Positions 27,640 through 40,851 are shown, counted from the stretch's first letter. The stretch is DNA of 64,000 bases from Crassostrea angulata (GCF_025612915.1 NC_069114.1:49578639-49642638), one strand, 5' to 3'. Program-made: numbers and translations. Notes: generated by a model not told the origin, from the sequence alone.

Positions 27640-28811
27640 AGTACCACTCCCTTTTATGAGTCCTTCCCTCTACCTTATACCCATGCCATTTCCTTTCAAA
27701 AGCCCCTTCATCTACCTTATACCCCTACCACTCCCCTTCATGAGCCTCTCCCTCTACCTTATACCCCTTCCACTCCCATTCATGAGCCTCTCCCTCTACC
27801 TTATACCCCTACCACTCCCCTTCATGAGCCTCTCCCTCTAAATTATACCCCTTCCACTCCTCTTCATGAGCCCCTCCCTCTACCTTATACCCCTACCACT
27901 CCCCTTCATGAGCCTCTCCCTCTACCTTATACCCCTACCACTCCCCTTCATGAGCCTCTCCCTCTACCTTATACCCCTACCACTCCCCTTCATGAGCCTC
28001 TCCCTCTAAATTATACCCCTTCCACTCCCCTTCATGAGCCCCTCCCTCTACCTTATACCCCTACAACTCCCCTTCATGAGCCTCTCTCTCTAAATTATAC
28101 CCTTACAACTCCCCTTCATGAGCCCCTCCCTCTAACTTATACCCTTACCACTTCCTTCATGAACCACTCCCTCTACCGTTTACCTCTACCACTTACCTTT
28201 ATGAGCATTAACCCCTCCTTTTAACTGGTAAGTCCTACCACACCCATTCAAGAGCCCCACCCTCTACCTTATACCCCTACCATTCCCATAAGGAGCCCTT
28301 CCCCCTACCTTATACCCCTACCACACCCCTTCACGAGCCCCTCCCCCCTACCTTATATCCCTACCACTCCCATTCATGAGCCCCTCCCTCTACCTTATAA
28401 CCCTACCATTCCCATAAGGAGCCCTTCCCCCTACCTTATACCCCTACCACACCCCTTCACGAGCCCCTTCCCCCTACCTTATACCCCTACCACACCCTTT
28501 CACGAGCCCCTCCCCCCTACCTTATACCCCTACCACACCCCTTCATGAGCCCCTCCCCCCACCTTATACCCCTACCACCCCATTCATGAGCCCTACCCCC
28601 ACCTTATACCCCTACCACTCCCCTTCATGAGCCCTACCCCCACCTTATACCCCTACCACCCCCATTCATGAGCCCTACCCCCACCTTATACCCCTACCAC
28701 ACCCTTTCATGAGCCCCTCCCCCCCACCTTATACCCCTACCACCCCCATTCATGAGCCCCTCCCCCTACCTTATACCCCTACCACACCCCTTCAGGAGCC
28801 CCTCCCCCTAC
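27640..28811. repeat. 42-bp minisatellite, ~28 copies (ccttatacccctaccactccccttcatgagcc(c)ctccctcta), in last intron of SPEF1-like A, abutting exon 5 donor
   Basis: period 42 read directly; minus-strand unit contains ATAAGgtagggggagg resembling exon 5 donor ATAAAG|gtagggggagg. Confidence 0.85.
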
Positions 28812-28938
28812 CTTTATGGTCTCATCCTTAGCAAGACACTCTTGGACTTTCTCCTCGAACACAAGGCGGGGTACATGGTCGGCCTCGGAGACATTGCGTA
28901 AAATCTTCTGCCTGGGTTGGTTTGTGTAGTACTCGTGC
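28812..28938 (-). CDS. SPEF1: SPEF1-like A exon 5 (HEYYTNQPRQKILRNVSEADHVPRLVFEEKVQECLAKDETIK)
   Basis: cag acceptor, AAG|gtaggggg donor; paralogous to B exon 5 (..GDHVSRLLFEEKVQESLSKDETIK). Confidence 0.75.
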
Positions 28939-29596
28939 CTGTGAACACCCACACAAAAATCAGACGACAAATCGACTGAAACAGCACTGATAGTACTAGG
29001 CAGAATTTGTATTGACTTGGTTGTCAGAATTTTAATTTTTTATTTTACAATCTAGTAAGTGTGAAACCCAATCCATCAAACCAATCAATTAATAAACAAA
29101 CAAACAAGCATCCTTCTCCATGCTGTTAGGCAGCCCTGTCCATACTCCAAATCAATTTAGTACATTTGATTGTTTCCTCTTGCTTTAATCATTTTTCAAT
29201 TCTTTAGCTCTGTTATGGTAATAATGATTTATAGTTCGATAGGATTGTATTCATTTTTGCATGCAGTGTGTAAAATGATAATTAGAATATCGCATGTATT
29301 TACTAACTATCTAAAATACTATTAGTGTATGCACATTACAGTATAGAAGTATATGTTTAACATTCAGTATGATATACAGCTAAGTACATGCATAACAAAG
29401 GAATATAATATATGTGTATCTTGGTATAAATATACATGTATATGGGATATTTTTTTTTGCTAGATAACCATGACCATGCATAATCTATGTGCAAGTGTTG
29501 TACTGCCAAGTTACAATCATTATATTTTGAAATATACAGGTATAATTATATATATATATGCAGGGTTGTCTCTAAAAATTGAAGTAGAAGGGAGAA

Positions 29597-29599
<3 letters not shown>

Positions 29600-29634
<35 letters not shown>

Positions 29635-31748
29635 GAACAATAGGTATGATAAAGTCAGCTTAATGGAGTCATAATACAAACAATCAGGATAATGTACAAT
29701 AATACATGTAGATCCTGTATAAATAAAATCCATTTTTCCCCCTTGGAACTCGGATAGCCCTGATTGCTGCCAATATTTACAAGAGCAGACTTTAATGACC
29801 GCTTCTGCACATATATAGGGACTCAAAATTACGCAGGCAGGGATGACCGCACACCTACACAACTCAACAGGTACCAATGTTAACGCAAGTAGGGATAAAC
29901 AACTCAACAGGTACCAACGTTAACACAAGTAGGGATAACCGCACACTTGCGCCAACAGCTCAACCTAACGCAAGCAGGCAGTGCCGCACACTTGCACTAG
30001 AAAGGCCAGAACACCAGCAGGGAGGACCATACACAAGTGCTCCGCCCCAACCACCACAAGCAGGTATGACCGCACACTTGTATTAATGCGATACAGGGCA
30101 GGAATGACCGCACACTCTGTATCATAGGTTAGAAAACACGAAAATTAGATAGAGCAGGGGTGTCCACCCACTCAATCTATCCATACCTGTTCAAGCTTAA
30201 CCCCAAACAATCGATAATCTTAATGAAATAGACACTATCCCTATATATGTGCCGGCCTAAAATAATTCATAGTATCTAAAAATTGGAAATCAAAAATAAA
30301 CAAACTTATCCGGCCTTACCCAAAACTACTTATGCAGAACAACTTATATACATTGAATATTCATTATTGTATAAAAATAATCATCACAATAATTGGTTAA
30401 CAGTGGATGCATTAATTAAAATAATCAAGAATCAATAAATCAAGGGCAAAAACTCAATACAGTAATACAAAAAGAGTCTAATGAAAAAATAGCTGCCTGT
30501 TTCAATTTTATAGTCATATCACATGTTGAGTATTGCAGTTCTCAAAAAGATCCTTTACAATTGTTTATATATGGGATATTTAGCTGCATCAAACTCTGAA
30601 CCTTCTTGTGAGGCCAAAGAATTGTCCTGGAGCCAAAGTCTTAACAATTATAAAGAATCATCTTGCTGATTAGTTTCTGAGAAGAAGATTTTTAAAGATT
30701 TACTCTATATATTTCTATGAAAAATTTTAACACCCCCCCCCCCATGTGGCCTCACCCTACCCCAAGGGATCATGATTTTCACAACTTTGAATCTACACTA
30801 CCTGAGGATGCTTCCACACAAGTTTCAGCTTTCCTGGCTGTTTAGTTTCTGAGAAGAAGATTTTTAAAGATTTACGCTATATATTCCTATGTAAAACTTC
30901 GACCCCCAATTGTGGCCCCACCCTACCCCCGGGGGTCATGAATTTCACAACTTTGAATCTACACTACCTGAGGATGCTTCCACACAAGTTTCAGCTTTCC
31001 TGGCTGTTTAGTTTCTGAGAAGAAGATTTTTAAAGATTTACACTATAAATTCCTATGTAAAACTTCGACCCCCCATTGTGGCCCTACCCTACCCCCGGGG
31101 GTCATGAATTTCACAACTTTGAATCTACACTACCTGAGGATGCTTCCACACAAGTTTCAGCTTTCCTGGCTGTTTGGTTTCTGAGAAGAAGATTTTTAAA
31201 GATTTACTCTATATATTCCAATGTAAAACTTCGACCCCCCCATTGTGGCTCCACCCTACCCCTGGGGGTCATGAATTTCACAACTTTGAATCTACACTAC
31301 CTGAGGATGCTTCCACACAAGTTTCAGCTTTCCTGGCTGTTTAGTTTCTGAGGAGAAGATTTTTAAAGATTTACGCTATATATTCCTATGTAAAACTTCG
31401 ACCCCCCATTGTGGCCCTACCCTACCCCCGGGGGTCATGAATTTCACAACTTTGAATCTACACTACCTGAGGATGCTTCCACACAAGTTTCAGCATTCCT
31501 GGCTTTCTGGTTCTTGAGAAGAAAATTTTTGAAAATATCTCGAAATTTTTCATTAATTTCTAATTATCTCCCCTTGAAAACGGGTGTGGCCCTTAATTTT
31601 CACAACTTTGAATCCCCTTTGCCTAAGGATGATTTGTGCCAAGTTTGGTTGAAATTGGCCTTGTAGTTCTTGAGAAGATGTTGAAAATGTGAAAAGTTTA
31701 CGGACAGACGGACGGACAGACGGACGACAGACAAAATGTGATCAGAAT

Positions 31749-31786
<38 letters not shown>

Positions 31787-31790
31787 AGAA
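29600..31790 (-). mobile_element. Helentron/HINE-like composite repeat copy 3 (inverted relative to copy 1), with ~750-bp internal insertion (29745-30490); lies in intron 4 of SPEF1-like A
   Basis: 29600-29760 and 30480-31500 are reverse complements of 19360-19704 and 18533-19360; hairpin agctcacttgagc..gctcaggtgagct at 31749-31779. Confidence 0.5.
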
Positions 31791-33323
31791 GGGGGCTTAT
31801 AGCTAGTTGAAATGCAATACCGGTAATAGCCGGGTAATTACGTCACTTTAGGCAGGGGAATTCCCTGCCTACCGGGTCTTAGAGACAACCCTGTATATGG
31901 TAACATTCAAAACTCTGAGTATTTTAAGAAAAGAAATCGATTGCTTTGATTGCAATAAATATACACACAAGGCAAAGTAAAGTAAGTAAAACAGCAAATG
32001 CACAGAGAGGTGTTTGTAACACAGCAGCATATGTTATAGATATGCATGAAGAAATCTTGTCATAGGACATCTCCCTGACTTATACCTTGATAATTTATCT
32101 AAAGTTATCACTTCCTTGTTTTCAGCAGCAAGCCGAGTAAAATACCTGTAAATCAGCACACAAAGTTATACCAACACCGTATACAGAAAGTGATAAATTC
32201 ACTTCACTGCTAATGACACAGCGAAGCAACCTACAGCGCCCTTGTTCATGCTGTTATGTCTAGAGCATGCATATTCTACAGCACATATATGCCAACTATA
32301 CCTAAACAGTTCATTATAAAATCCAGCATGATTAAGTGACACTTTTTGAATCCTAAATATCAATATAGGATACATTTCAGCTAAAAAGCTAATGCTATAT
32401 TGTGAGGTTCTCACCAATAATGGTCAAATATGTATCTTATTAATATAGTTATAACATTCAAATTTAATATGGTAATTGGTATCAGTGTCGTAGCTAGACC
32501 AGAATCGAAGTGCATGCTTAAAATGCCAGTGGGTCCAGGACGGAGCCTGATGGGGGCCCAGGGGGCGAAGGCCCAGGAAGCTCATGAATTCTGATGATTT
32601 TTAACACTAACACTCATCGCAGAAATTGAAAGGAATGCTCACTATTTAAGCATTTTTAGGCACTTAAAATTGTTTTGGTTATAGTTTAGGCATAAAATCA
32701 CAAAACTTATTAAAAGAAGAAAAAAACTTTTGACACTTGTTTTTGACCCCAGCTTTTATTCTTAAGTTCATTTTCACCTAGTTTATGCTAATGAATATCT
32801 CAATAAAGCTGTGATATTCTATTTGGGGGGGGGGATTTAAAATGATGTGCTTTATTAGATACATGCATTGTGTACTGTTATTTAATAATTATGATACTGT
32901 AAGACCACATTGCGTGTCTATATTTGGTACTTAAGATGTCTTTGTTTAGCATTGATTCCGGATAAAGTAGGACTGGGTGACGGAAACCGTTAAAGAGACC
33001 TTAATATATGTACTTGAAGTTTTTTCCTTTTTCCCCCAAATGATGTGCATGCTCAGGCATATAAGCATACATGGTAGCTACGCCACTGGGTATGATGGAA
33101 ATGCAACAGGAATTCCATGGCATATACTCTTGAGAAAAATCCAAAATCTCTCTTTCACTAAATGTATTTCAACAATTATAGGGAATCAAAGATATATTCA
33201 ATGAAAGCCTTATGGTACATTTTGAACCATTCTGCAGAAAAATAGTACCTTATATGTTTATACAATAGGATTTTTTTTATTGAAGTATATATGAGAACCA
33301 GTGTGAAAGTGAATGGTACTCAC

Positions 33324-33372
33324 CCTCCAGCTCTAGTGGGACTGGTTCCTTTTTTATGTCTCCCTGGAGATC
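33324..33372 (-). CDS. SPEF1: SPEF1-like A exon 4 (GSPGRHKKGTSPTRAG), 49-nt linker exon
   Basis: cttgtag acceptor, GG|gtgagt donor; phase 1->2 consistent with neighbours; homologous to paralog B exon 4. Confidence 0.6.
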
Positions 33373-34581
33373 CTACAAGTTAGTACAAAAATTATTTCAC
33401 ATCTTACAGAGATAAAGCTCTCATTTCACAATTACATTTAAATTATTTGATTTTTTTTTCAAGTTAGCTAGGTCATTCTATTAATATGAGTATTACAGTT
33501 TAAAATTAATTAATTTCAATATACATATATTGCTTTTTGAATAGACGTTTTAGATCTATCACTTTCACATTATGCACACAAATATTCATTTCTGTCAGTA
33601 GCACTATCACTAAATCAAGCATATATACTAGTTCTGAAAAGATATATGGTCATTACATAATTGTAACAATAAACATTAGGACAATTCAAATATGTGGATG
33701 ACTTGACATTATCTGCCTTGTTCTAACACCAAAGTAAACTTACATTGATATGGAAAACATGTACTTGAAGATATTTTCATTTTATATACTAAGCAATATG
33801 AAGTGGAAACACTTGGTCTCTGCTTTGTTTTTTTTCACTCCCTGATGTAGGTAATTTGTATATTCATTTTGATAACTAGACATCATTGAAATGGTAGCCA
33901 TTTCAACAGGTCCCACTTTTAGTGAAGTACATTATGTAAAGACTGTACATACTTTACACCAAACACTCAAGTTGATGTATAATTAAAGTCTAGATCAGAT
34001 CAGGCAAAGAGAAAAGAAGATTTCCAAGCTAGGGAGGATTTTACACAGAGATCTACACTGACTTAAGATTTCACCTATGACTTACACTTCAACCTTTTGA
34101 CACATTTTGAGTAACAGAGGGCCAAGTGAGAGAGATTACTGCCTGGGACAGAGATCTTATTTAAACCTGACTTTCAACCTAAAAACTTAAGGTCTCTGCA
34201 AATTAGTTTCCAACAAGTACCGGTACTTTCTGATTGACTGATCAATACTAGTATGGGCCCTTATTAATATCATTAATAGTTAAATGTGTTACATTTGTAC
34301 ATCTTTTAAATAGCACAACACACAACTACATTTTTAAGATTTTTAAATTCAAAACACTGTGTTGAAAGATCTACAGTTTACAAGTAAGATATTACTGTTG
34401 AAGAGTTTCTTTGATTTAGCAGCAAGACCTTTAGAAAATAGAAGACATCCATTTCACAAATACAACAGAACAATTTTAATATACTGGTACTATGCAAGTT
34501 TTTGGCACATAACATCACTGTTTTTAGCTAACCAATACCTTGTAAATAAAATGATTAATATGCCGTAGGTTTTATACTCAC

Positions 34582-34796
34582 CCATATTTTGGTCGGCCTC
34601 GGGCTGGTCACTGTCGTTCCGCCTGCCCCTCTGAGCCTTCGGCGGGGGGTTCTTCCTACTCCTCATCTCCCACTCGGCTCGCTCAATCTTCATCTTGAGC
34701 ATCTGTAGGAGCAGCTCGATGGTCCCTGGCTTGGCATTTACCAGGTCTCGGATGAGCTCCTCCGATAACTCAAAATTCAATTTCTTAAACACCTTT
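34582..34796 (-). CDS. SPEF1: SPEF1-like A exon 3 (KVFKKLNFELSEELIRDLVNAKPGTIELLLQMLKMKIERAEWEMRSRKNPPPKAQRGRRNDSDQPEADQNM)
   Basis: ccacag acceptor, G|gtgagt donor; matches human KVLKRLNFSVPDDVMRKIAQCAPGVVELVLIPLRQRLEEKQ. Confidence 0.8.
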
Positions 34797-35958
34797 CTGT
34801 GGTACAACAATGAAAAAGTACTTAGTGTAAAGTCATACTATTACAACATTTACTCATATATCTAGAAATAGGTGCTTGTAACTTAAAATTTAATTGCTAC
34901 AAATTTAATGAGTTTAAATTTAAAGTTGTTTTATTTTACATTCTTCATTAAAATGTGCATAGTGTATTAGGGAGCAATAAAAATTGTACCAAAAACAACC
35001 AAATTTACTTTGAAAATAAAGAAAAATTGTGGACACAAAAAAACATAAAAGAAAACATGCATTAATTCAAAAACAAAATTATCAGGAAAATAGAGGGATA
35101 TAGAGCTTTAACTAAACAGAGAGAGTAGACAATCTAGCTTAATTAGAAGCAAAGGGAGACAACTAAGTACATAAAGACTAGAGATATTACAATAAACATT
35201 AAAAAAAAAGATATTATGATAGTAGTATATAATATCAGTCTTGCTTTACACTTGTTAATCAATTATTCGTGTATGCAGTAATTAGGTAACTTGATATTAC
35301 TAGAATTCTTACTTTAATTTCCCTTAATTCTTAAACAAAGATGTTTATAAAATATGCACAATGTCAAACTCTTCGATCAGATTTCAATTTTCATTGTGGT
35401 GCCTCAGTGCCGTTAAGTAACACATGCATTCAGATAAAACCAAGTTCTAGTTACTGGTGCAAGGGGCAGTTCTAGACAGAAAATGGTGAGGTTCAGGGAC
35501 CAACTCCTAGTGTCATTTTCTTAATTGACCATAAATATGGACCCCATAATACCGTAGACAATTCAGAGAAGTAGCTGCTATTGGATTGTCTTCCTCATTA
35601 TTCTATCACAAGGTGTAAAAAAAAAATTAAGAGGCAACAAATGATAAATATTGGTAAAATATTTGTTATTACTTTACTGAATATTGGTATTTTAGAAGAA
35701 GTTAAGCTTTACAAACATAGAAGGGATTATACAATATATTACAATGAATGTACTTAATTGTGTCTTGAACTTAGCCTATAGCAAAGTTTGAGTAACACTG
35801 ATCTATGTATGTATTCATATAGCTCCAGTCTCAGACAGCTCTGTATATTGGGGACAGTCTCTTTGTCAGTGGGGAGGGGTAACTTAAGTATAAGTGGGGA
35901 GGAGTATGTATGTGGGTCGGGGTAACTACGTGGGGGAGGGGGAATTCCTGTTGTTTAC

Positions 35959-36070
35959 CTGTTAAGGTAGTACCAATTTTCCATCTTTTTGGAGGTGGAG
36001 TTTGCCACGCTATAGTTGTGTTTCTGCACCAGATGGGGGAATTTATGATGCATGATCTCAGAAACCAGAA
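35959..36070 (-). CDS. SPEF1: SPEF1-like A exon 2b (VLVSEIMHHKFPHLVQKHNYSVANSTSKKMENWYYLNR), 112-nt tandem duplicate of exon 2a, presumably mutually exclusive
   Basis: ctttcag acceptor, AG|gtaaac donor; same length and phase as 2a; inclusion of both would frameshift (224 nt). Confidence 0.7.
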
Positions 36071-37335
36071 CTGAAAGTAAGCACATGTGTACAACAAACA
36101 GGTCAAACTGAAAGTACGTACTCTGTGATCTAGGTACATGTGGGACGGGCTGTGTTCCTGTTGAGGGTTGGTGCTTTACGCAGTACAAAGATTGCCACAA
36201 ATATCACACAACATTAATTACAATTCACACACACTGAAACCCAATAAAACAAATGGCATTGGTCATTTATCACTTCTCTGGATCTAGGAACTAATCCTTC
36301 AAGTTGGCTCAGAAACAAGTTTCTGCTTGGCCACTCAATACTATAGCTGGTTTGAAGGGTATTAATTGGAAAAAAGGACAGCTAGATGTGTTTTGGTTGT
36401 AAATCAATCGTGCTGGATATAACGATCTCAAGATAAACCAGGTACATTAATTATGATGACCACAAGGAGTACATGTATATGTCTAGGGGCTCTTCATTTA
36501 AATCCTCATATCAGCCGAACTCCAATAGCCCACTGTGTAGATTTTAATCTCTACTGATGGCATCAAAATGATATATAGTGTTTCAGATATAGAATTGACA
36601 TCTCAGGTCCTGGTAACTATAGGCTTGCAGATTGTTCTTAAACTATGGCTACTGGTCCACAGTAATTTAATTGATACAGGATTACGGTACATGCATTATT
36701 TTTGTAGGCTCACTTTATACTAACAGCATAATTCATGTTACTACTTAAAATTAAACACTAGCTAGCTGGCTGAATGCTTTCATGGCTCTCCTAAACCTGT
36801 GCACAGTCTAACACTTTGAATTATAATAAGTTGCAATTTCATAGTCTTGGCCTTTTCAGAAATTTTCCCATTCATTAATAATTCTATCTAAATTTATTCT
36901 AATATATTAAATGAAATATTCTTATAAGAAATAAAAAAGGATATTAAGATGAAATAAAAGAAAAGAAAAATAAATATAAAAGCAATCTGAACTTAATGAA
37001 GTCAAAAGAAAATGTTCACCCAATGGTATATATAAATTATAAAAAGAACTTAATTTTTCACTCAAACATAATGTTATAAGAAAAGTAAGAAAACTAAGAA
37101 CTTAATATGGAATAATTATATGAAGATTCAATACAGATCAGACTAACTTGATCACCTGGATAACTAGTAAAAATTACAACAGACATTAATTTTCTTGCAC
37201 ACTGGCTGATGCGTGGACAAAAACAACAACTTAATTCTAATGTAGTTGTAATGGTGTGGAATTCCAGGTGACGTGAAGTTAGCTACAGCACCAGAAACCA
37301 TGCAGAGACACAGAGAACAGTGCAGCCTTCTGTAC

Positions 37336-37447
37336 CTGTTCAGGAGAAGCCAGTTCTCCTTCTTTTGGCTGCTAGAACTGGCCGTGGTGTAGTTGTGCAT
37401 TTGTATCAGCTTAGGGAAATAGTACTGTACTATTTCAGCCACCAACA
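37336..37447 (-). CDS. SPEF1: SPEF1-like A exon 2a (VLVAEIVQYYFPKLIQMHNYTTASSSSQKKENWLLLNR), 112 nt
   Basis: tcctgcag acceptor, AG|gtacag donor; matches human VLVAEVIKFYFPKMVEMHNYVPANSLQQKLSNWGHLNR. Confidence 0.8.
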
Positions 37448-38483
37448 CTGCAGGACACCAGAGTTAAAATTTAACTTCAAGACAATAGCAAAATTGAGCA
37501 TATGGAGTAAACTCATATACTCTGATACAAAATTTGGAAGAGGTATTTATTTCATCTGTTGGTAAGGTAAACCATTACATGAAAAGAATTTATGCTTTAA
37601 AAAAATTGAAATTTAGTAAACTTGTCAATAAATCAATAATCAAAAAACATATTTTCTGATAATGAAATTAAAGTGTGAATGTGATGTTGAAAGATTCATA
37701 GGACTTTTTAGTCGAGTTTTGGCGATACATATATCAAACAGATACTGGTACTATTTTCAGACCTGAAAGCAATTATTCAAAAACTTTAAATAACACACAA
37801 CAATATCAAGATATACACTGTAAACATAAATAAATAAGCCTTAATGTAAGCTGAAAAACAATTTGAAATTTATTACTGGCTTTTATCAAAATATTGCCCA
37901 TATTGTAATCAATAACAATTTTATGTATTATTGAATTTTCATTAATTTTTTATCACTATAATATGGAGAGGGCAGAATCTTTAAACTTAAGTATTTCATT
38001 ATCGCCACATTTGCAAAAGCTAATTCAAGTCCGTACTCTGATCAAGTTACTGGTCCCTTAGTTTCTGTCATCTAGCACAAAGTCCTTTGATCAGACATTA
38101 CATCATCATATACATGGAATGTTATTACATCATCATATACATGGAATGTTATAATTTGAAACATATTATCTGATGGATGCCACAAATATTACTTTAAGTG
38201 ATAATCATCATGCAGATGAAGCATCAATGCAACGTCTGCATACTTTAACTCTTAACAAAACGCCCATGGTACCAAAATATGAATGGAAATTGAATATGAA
38301 AATAGTCAAAAGCGCTGGAAAATATCGCAAATATACATACAGCTGATCAACTGATTTAATTGGCATTCTTTCTTTTTATTTTTACTCTTTTTTATATTTG
38401 TAAGCAATGTCCAAGAAAAATTAACAAAAAACTGTCATTATTTTTAAAAGTTAAAATCACAAGGCATAATTTGTGTAGCCTAC

Positions 38484-38625
38484 CTCCATCGGAGAAATCT
38501 CGGGCGATATTTTTCTTCGGTCTAGAAAGGGGGATGCTGTCGATCCATGTGTACAGTTGCTCCAACTCGGCGTCATCAAAATCATCTAACCCCGAATCGG
38601 TGGATTGAAGCTTTTGCACGGACAT
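38484..38625 (-). CDS. SPEF1: SPEF1/CLAMP-like paralog A exon 1 (MSVQKLQSTDSGLDDFDDAELEQLYTWIDSIPLSRPKKNIARDFSDG), start ATG at 38625
   Basis: matches human SPEF1 N-terminus EEALHQLYLWVDNIPLSRPKRNLSRDFSDG (CH domain); donor G|gtaggc. Confidence 0.8.
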
Positions 38626-39148
38626 TGTTCGCGGTATCTACATACACAAGTAAGTTTACGACATTGCAATATTGACGAATTTCTCACAATAAATTATCCT
38701 TTTATCACTAAATACATAGAATCGTCCATAGTTGTTTGGGTTGTCAACGAATTTCCCATAAGGCTTCACAAGCAATCGGAAGTTTGACATTTTGTTAAAC
38801 CGTTCTTTGTGTCAATATAGTTTTTTGTTACAATTTGATAATTTGATAAATAATTCATTTAAATGCAATGAAATTTTAAATTAACGTTTTAAATTCTTAG
38901 AAATCATAATACGTTTTTCATTTTTGTACCAAATAAAAGAAAACAAAACTTAGAACACTCTAACCAGTTCAACTTCCTTTTTGATATAGGAACTGTGGGA
39001 ATTTCGTTGCGACGGACGCTTTATTATGATTTTGTGTATTTAACGATAATCGTTTCATTCATTCGTTCGCGGCACCGCAAATAAACTTGATTGTTGATTA
39101 TAAGAGGTGTTTTGGCAAAGTGAACCGTGAATTGATCAAATAACAACC
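38626..39148. promoter_or_regulatory. Putative bidirectional promoter shared by head-to-head SPEF1-like paralogs A (-) and B (+)
   Basis: 523-bp AT-rich interval between the two start codons (38625 and 39149); inference only, no motif recognised. Confidence 0.3.
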
Positions 39149-39284
39149 ATGGATAATTACAAGTCAAATGGAACAAGTATGGCTGAATTCGACGACGCGG
39201 AATTGGAAGAATTATACAACTGGGTGGACAGTATACCACTCAGCAGGCCAAAGAAAAACATAGCTAGAGATTTTTCTGATGGAG
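39149..39284 (+). CDS. SPEF1: SPEF1-like paralog B exon 1 (MDNYKSNGTSMAEFDDAELEELYNWVDSIPLSRPKKNIARDFSDG)
   Basis: ATG at 39149; G|gtaaga donor; matches SPEF1 CH-domain N-terminus. Confidence 0.8.
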
Positions 39285-39948
39285 GTAAGAAACAAAGAAC
39301 TATTTTGAAATGAATTTGATTCATTTGTGTTTAATGACCTGAAACTGTAACCGTACGGGGTTTTTTTTTTCCCCCTTCAACTTAGGTGTAAGGAGTGGTG
39401 GTCACTGTTTATTACAGATATATTGTTTATTTATTTCAATCATTATTGTATTAGCCATTCATTATTATAGATTTTGAAGAAAAGTTTGCATAGTGTTAGG
39501 GAAAAATATTAAAGGATCGAAAGTCTTCCCAATCAAAATCAGTATACATGTAATAATTAAGTAAACAAAGAAATGATTCACTCAATAACTTCATTTGCTT
39601 TATACATGTACTGATTTACAAGGAGACTGATTAAACATGAATCTACATGTCTTGTTTAATTATTTGTAATTATATACAGCTTTAAATAATCACCCAAATT
39701 GGTTTCTAAAAAAATGATTTTCATCATTTGCATGAAGCATGCATTATAGAATTATCACTACAGGAAACAATTTCCATAATTGATCATCCATTTATGCACA
39801 CTTTTGCATATTTAACACTGAAGAATTTAGATTAAAAGCCATTTACTGCTTCTTCTGTGTTTTATGCATGCAATGTGCAACATAAGCTTATAATCACTGC
39901 ATGCTGTTACTGTGTAAGAGACATGAACGGTTGATATTATTGCTGTAG

Positions 39949-40060
39949 TGTTGGTAGCTGAGATTGTCCAACATTTCAAACCACAGTTGATTCAAATGCA
40001 CAACTATACTCCAGCCAGTGGGCTAAGTATTAAGAAGGATAACTGGATGGTTCTCAACAG
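39949..40060 (+). CDS. SPEF1: SPEF1-like B exon 2a (VLVAEIVQHFKPQLIQMHNYTPASGLSIKKDNWMVLNR), 112 nt
   Basis: tgctgtag acceptor, AG|gtatcg donor. Confidence 0.75.
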
Positions 40061-40851
40061 GTATCGGCCACCTCTCTCCACCGTTTGATCGCTTCATGTG
40101 TTGTGTCTTAGATCTGTAGCATATTCATTACCGCATTCATCATCCGGATTTGTAGAAAGTGGGCAGTCAAAAAGTATATACACCTTAAGCATATTTTTTG
40201 CATCAAATAGCATTTCATTTGAGGTATCAATTATTTTTGTTTTTTTTGCATCAGTGTATCATATACATGTGTTAGATTATTTTGGGATTGTGAGACAAAT
40301 TGTTGAAATTTATGAAAAAAACCAATTACTGTAGATATGTATATGCACTATAAATTTTTAATTCAAACTAAGCAAGATAACCTCAGTGGGAACTTTGTCA
40401 AAATGTCAAATCTTTTTGTGTGTGATTTTGGGTTTTTATTTTTTTAATAAAAAATGACTTTTATACCATGCCAAAATTATTTAATACCTGAATAGTTCAT
40501 TCATGCAAACCCCTGCCTCAAGTTTCACCCTAGGATGATGGATGTGCCTGATGTTGCAGTGTTAAGTTCAGAGTGTGTACTGTGTTGTGCTAGCAATGCT
40601 CTTATTTTGCACAGAGATGTTCAAAGACTATAATCATGCATCAATTTCAGATGTTTCATACTAAAATAAAATTCAGTTTTGATCACTGCACTGTCATTCA
40701 CGTTCAGTTTGACATTTTATTGAAGTACCTTTGCATCAAATAAGATTCCTTTTTGCAGACTTTTGAACATCCCTGTGCCAACTCTCTTCTCTATTATCTG
40801 ATCTTAGTTCTTCTTCAGCTCTGGAATTAGTTTGTTGTTGGTTGTTTTCAG

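Noticed and set aside
27656-27841. ORF of 61 aa with repeating LIPLPLPFMSLSLY
   Set aside because: Artefact of reading the 42-bp (14-codon) minisatellite in frame; it lies within an intron of SPEF1-like A.
18520-31790. CRISPR-like arrays (regular repeats)
   Set aside because: Eukaryotic locus with spliced genes; repeats are contiguous satellites (no unique spacers) belonging to transposon-associated arrays.
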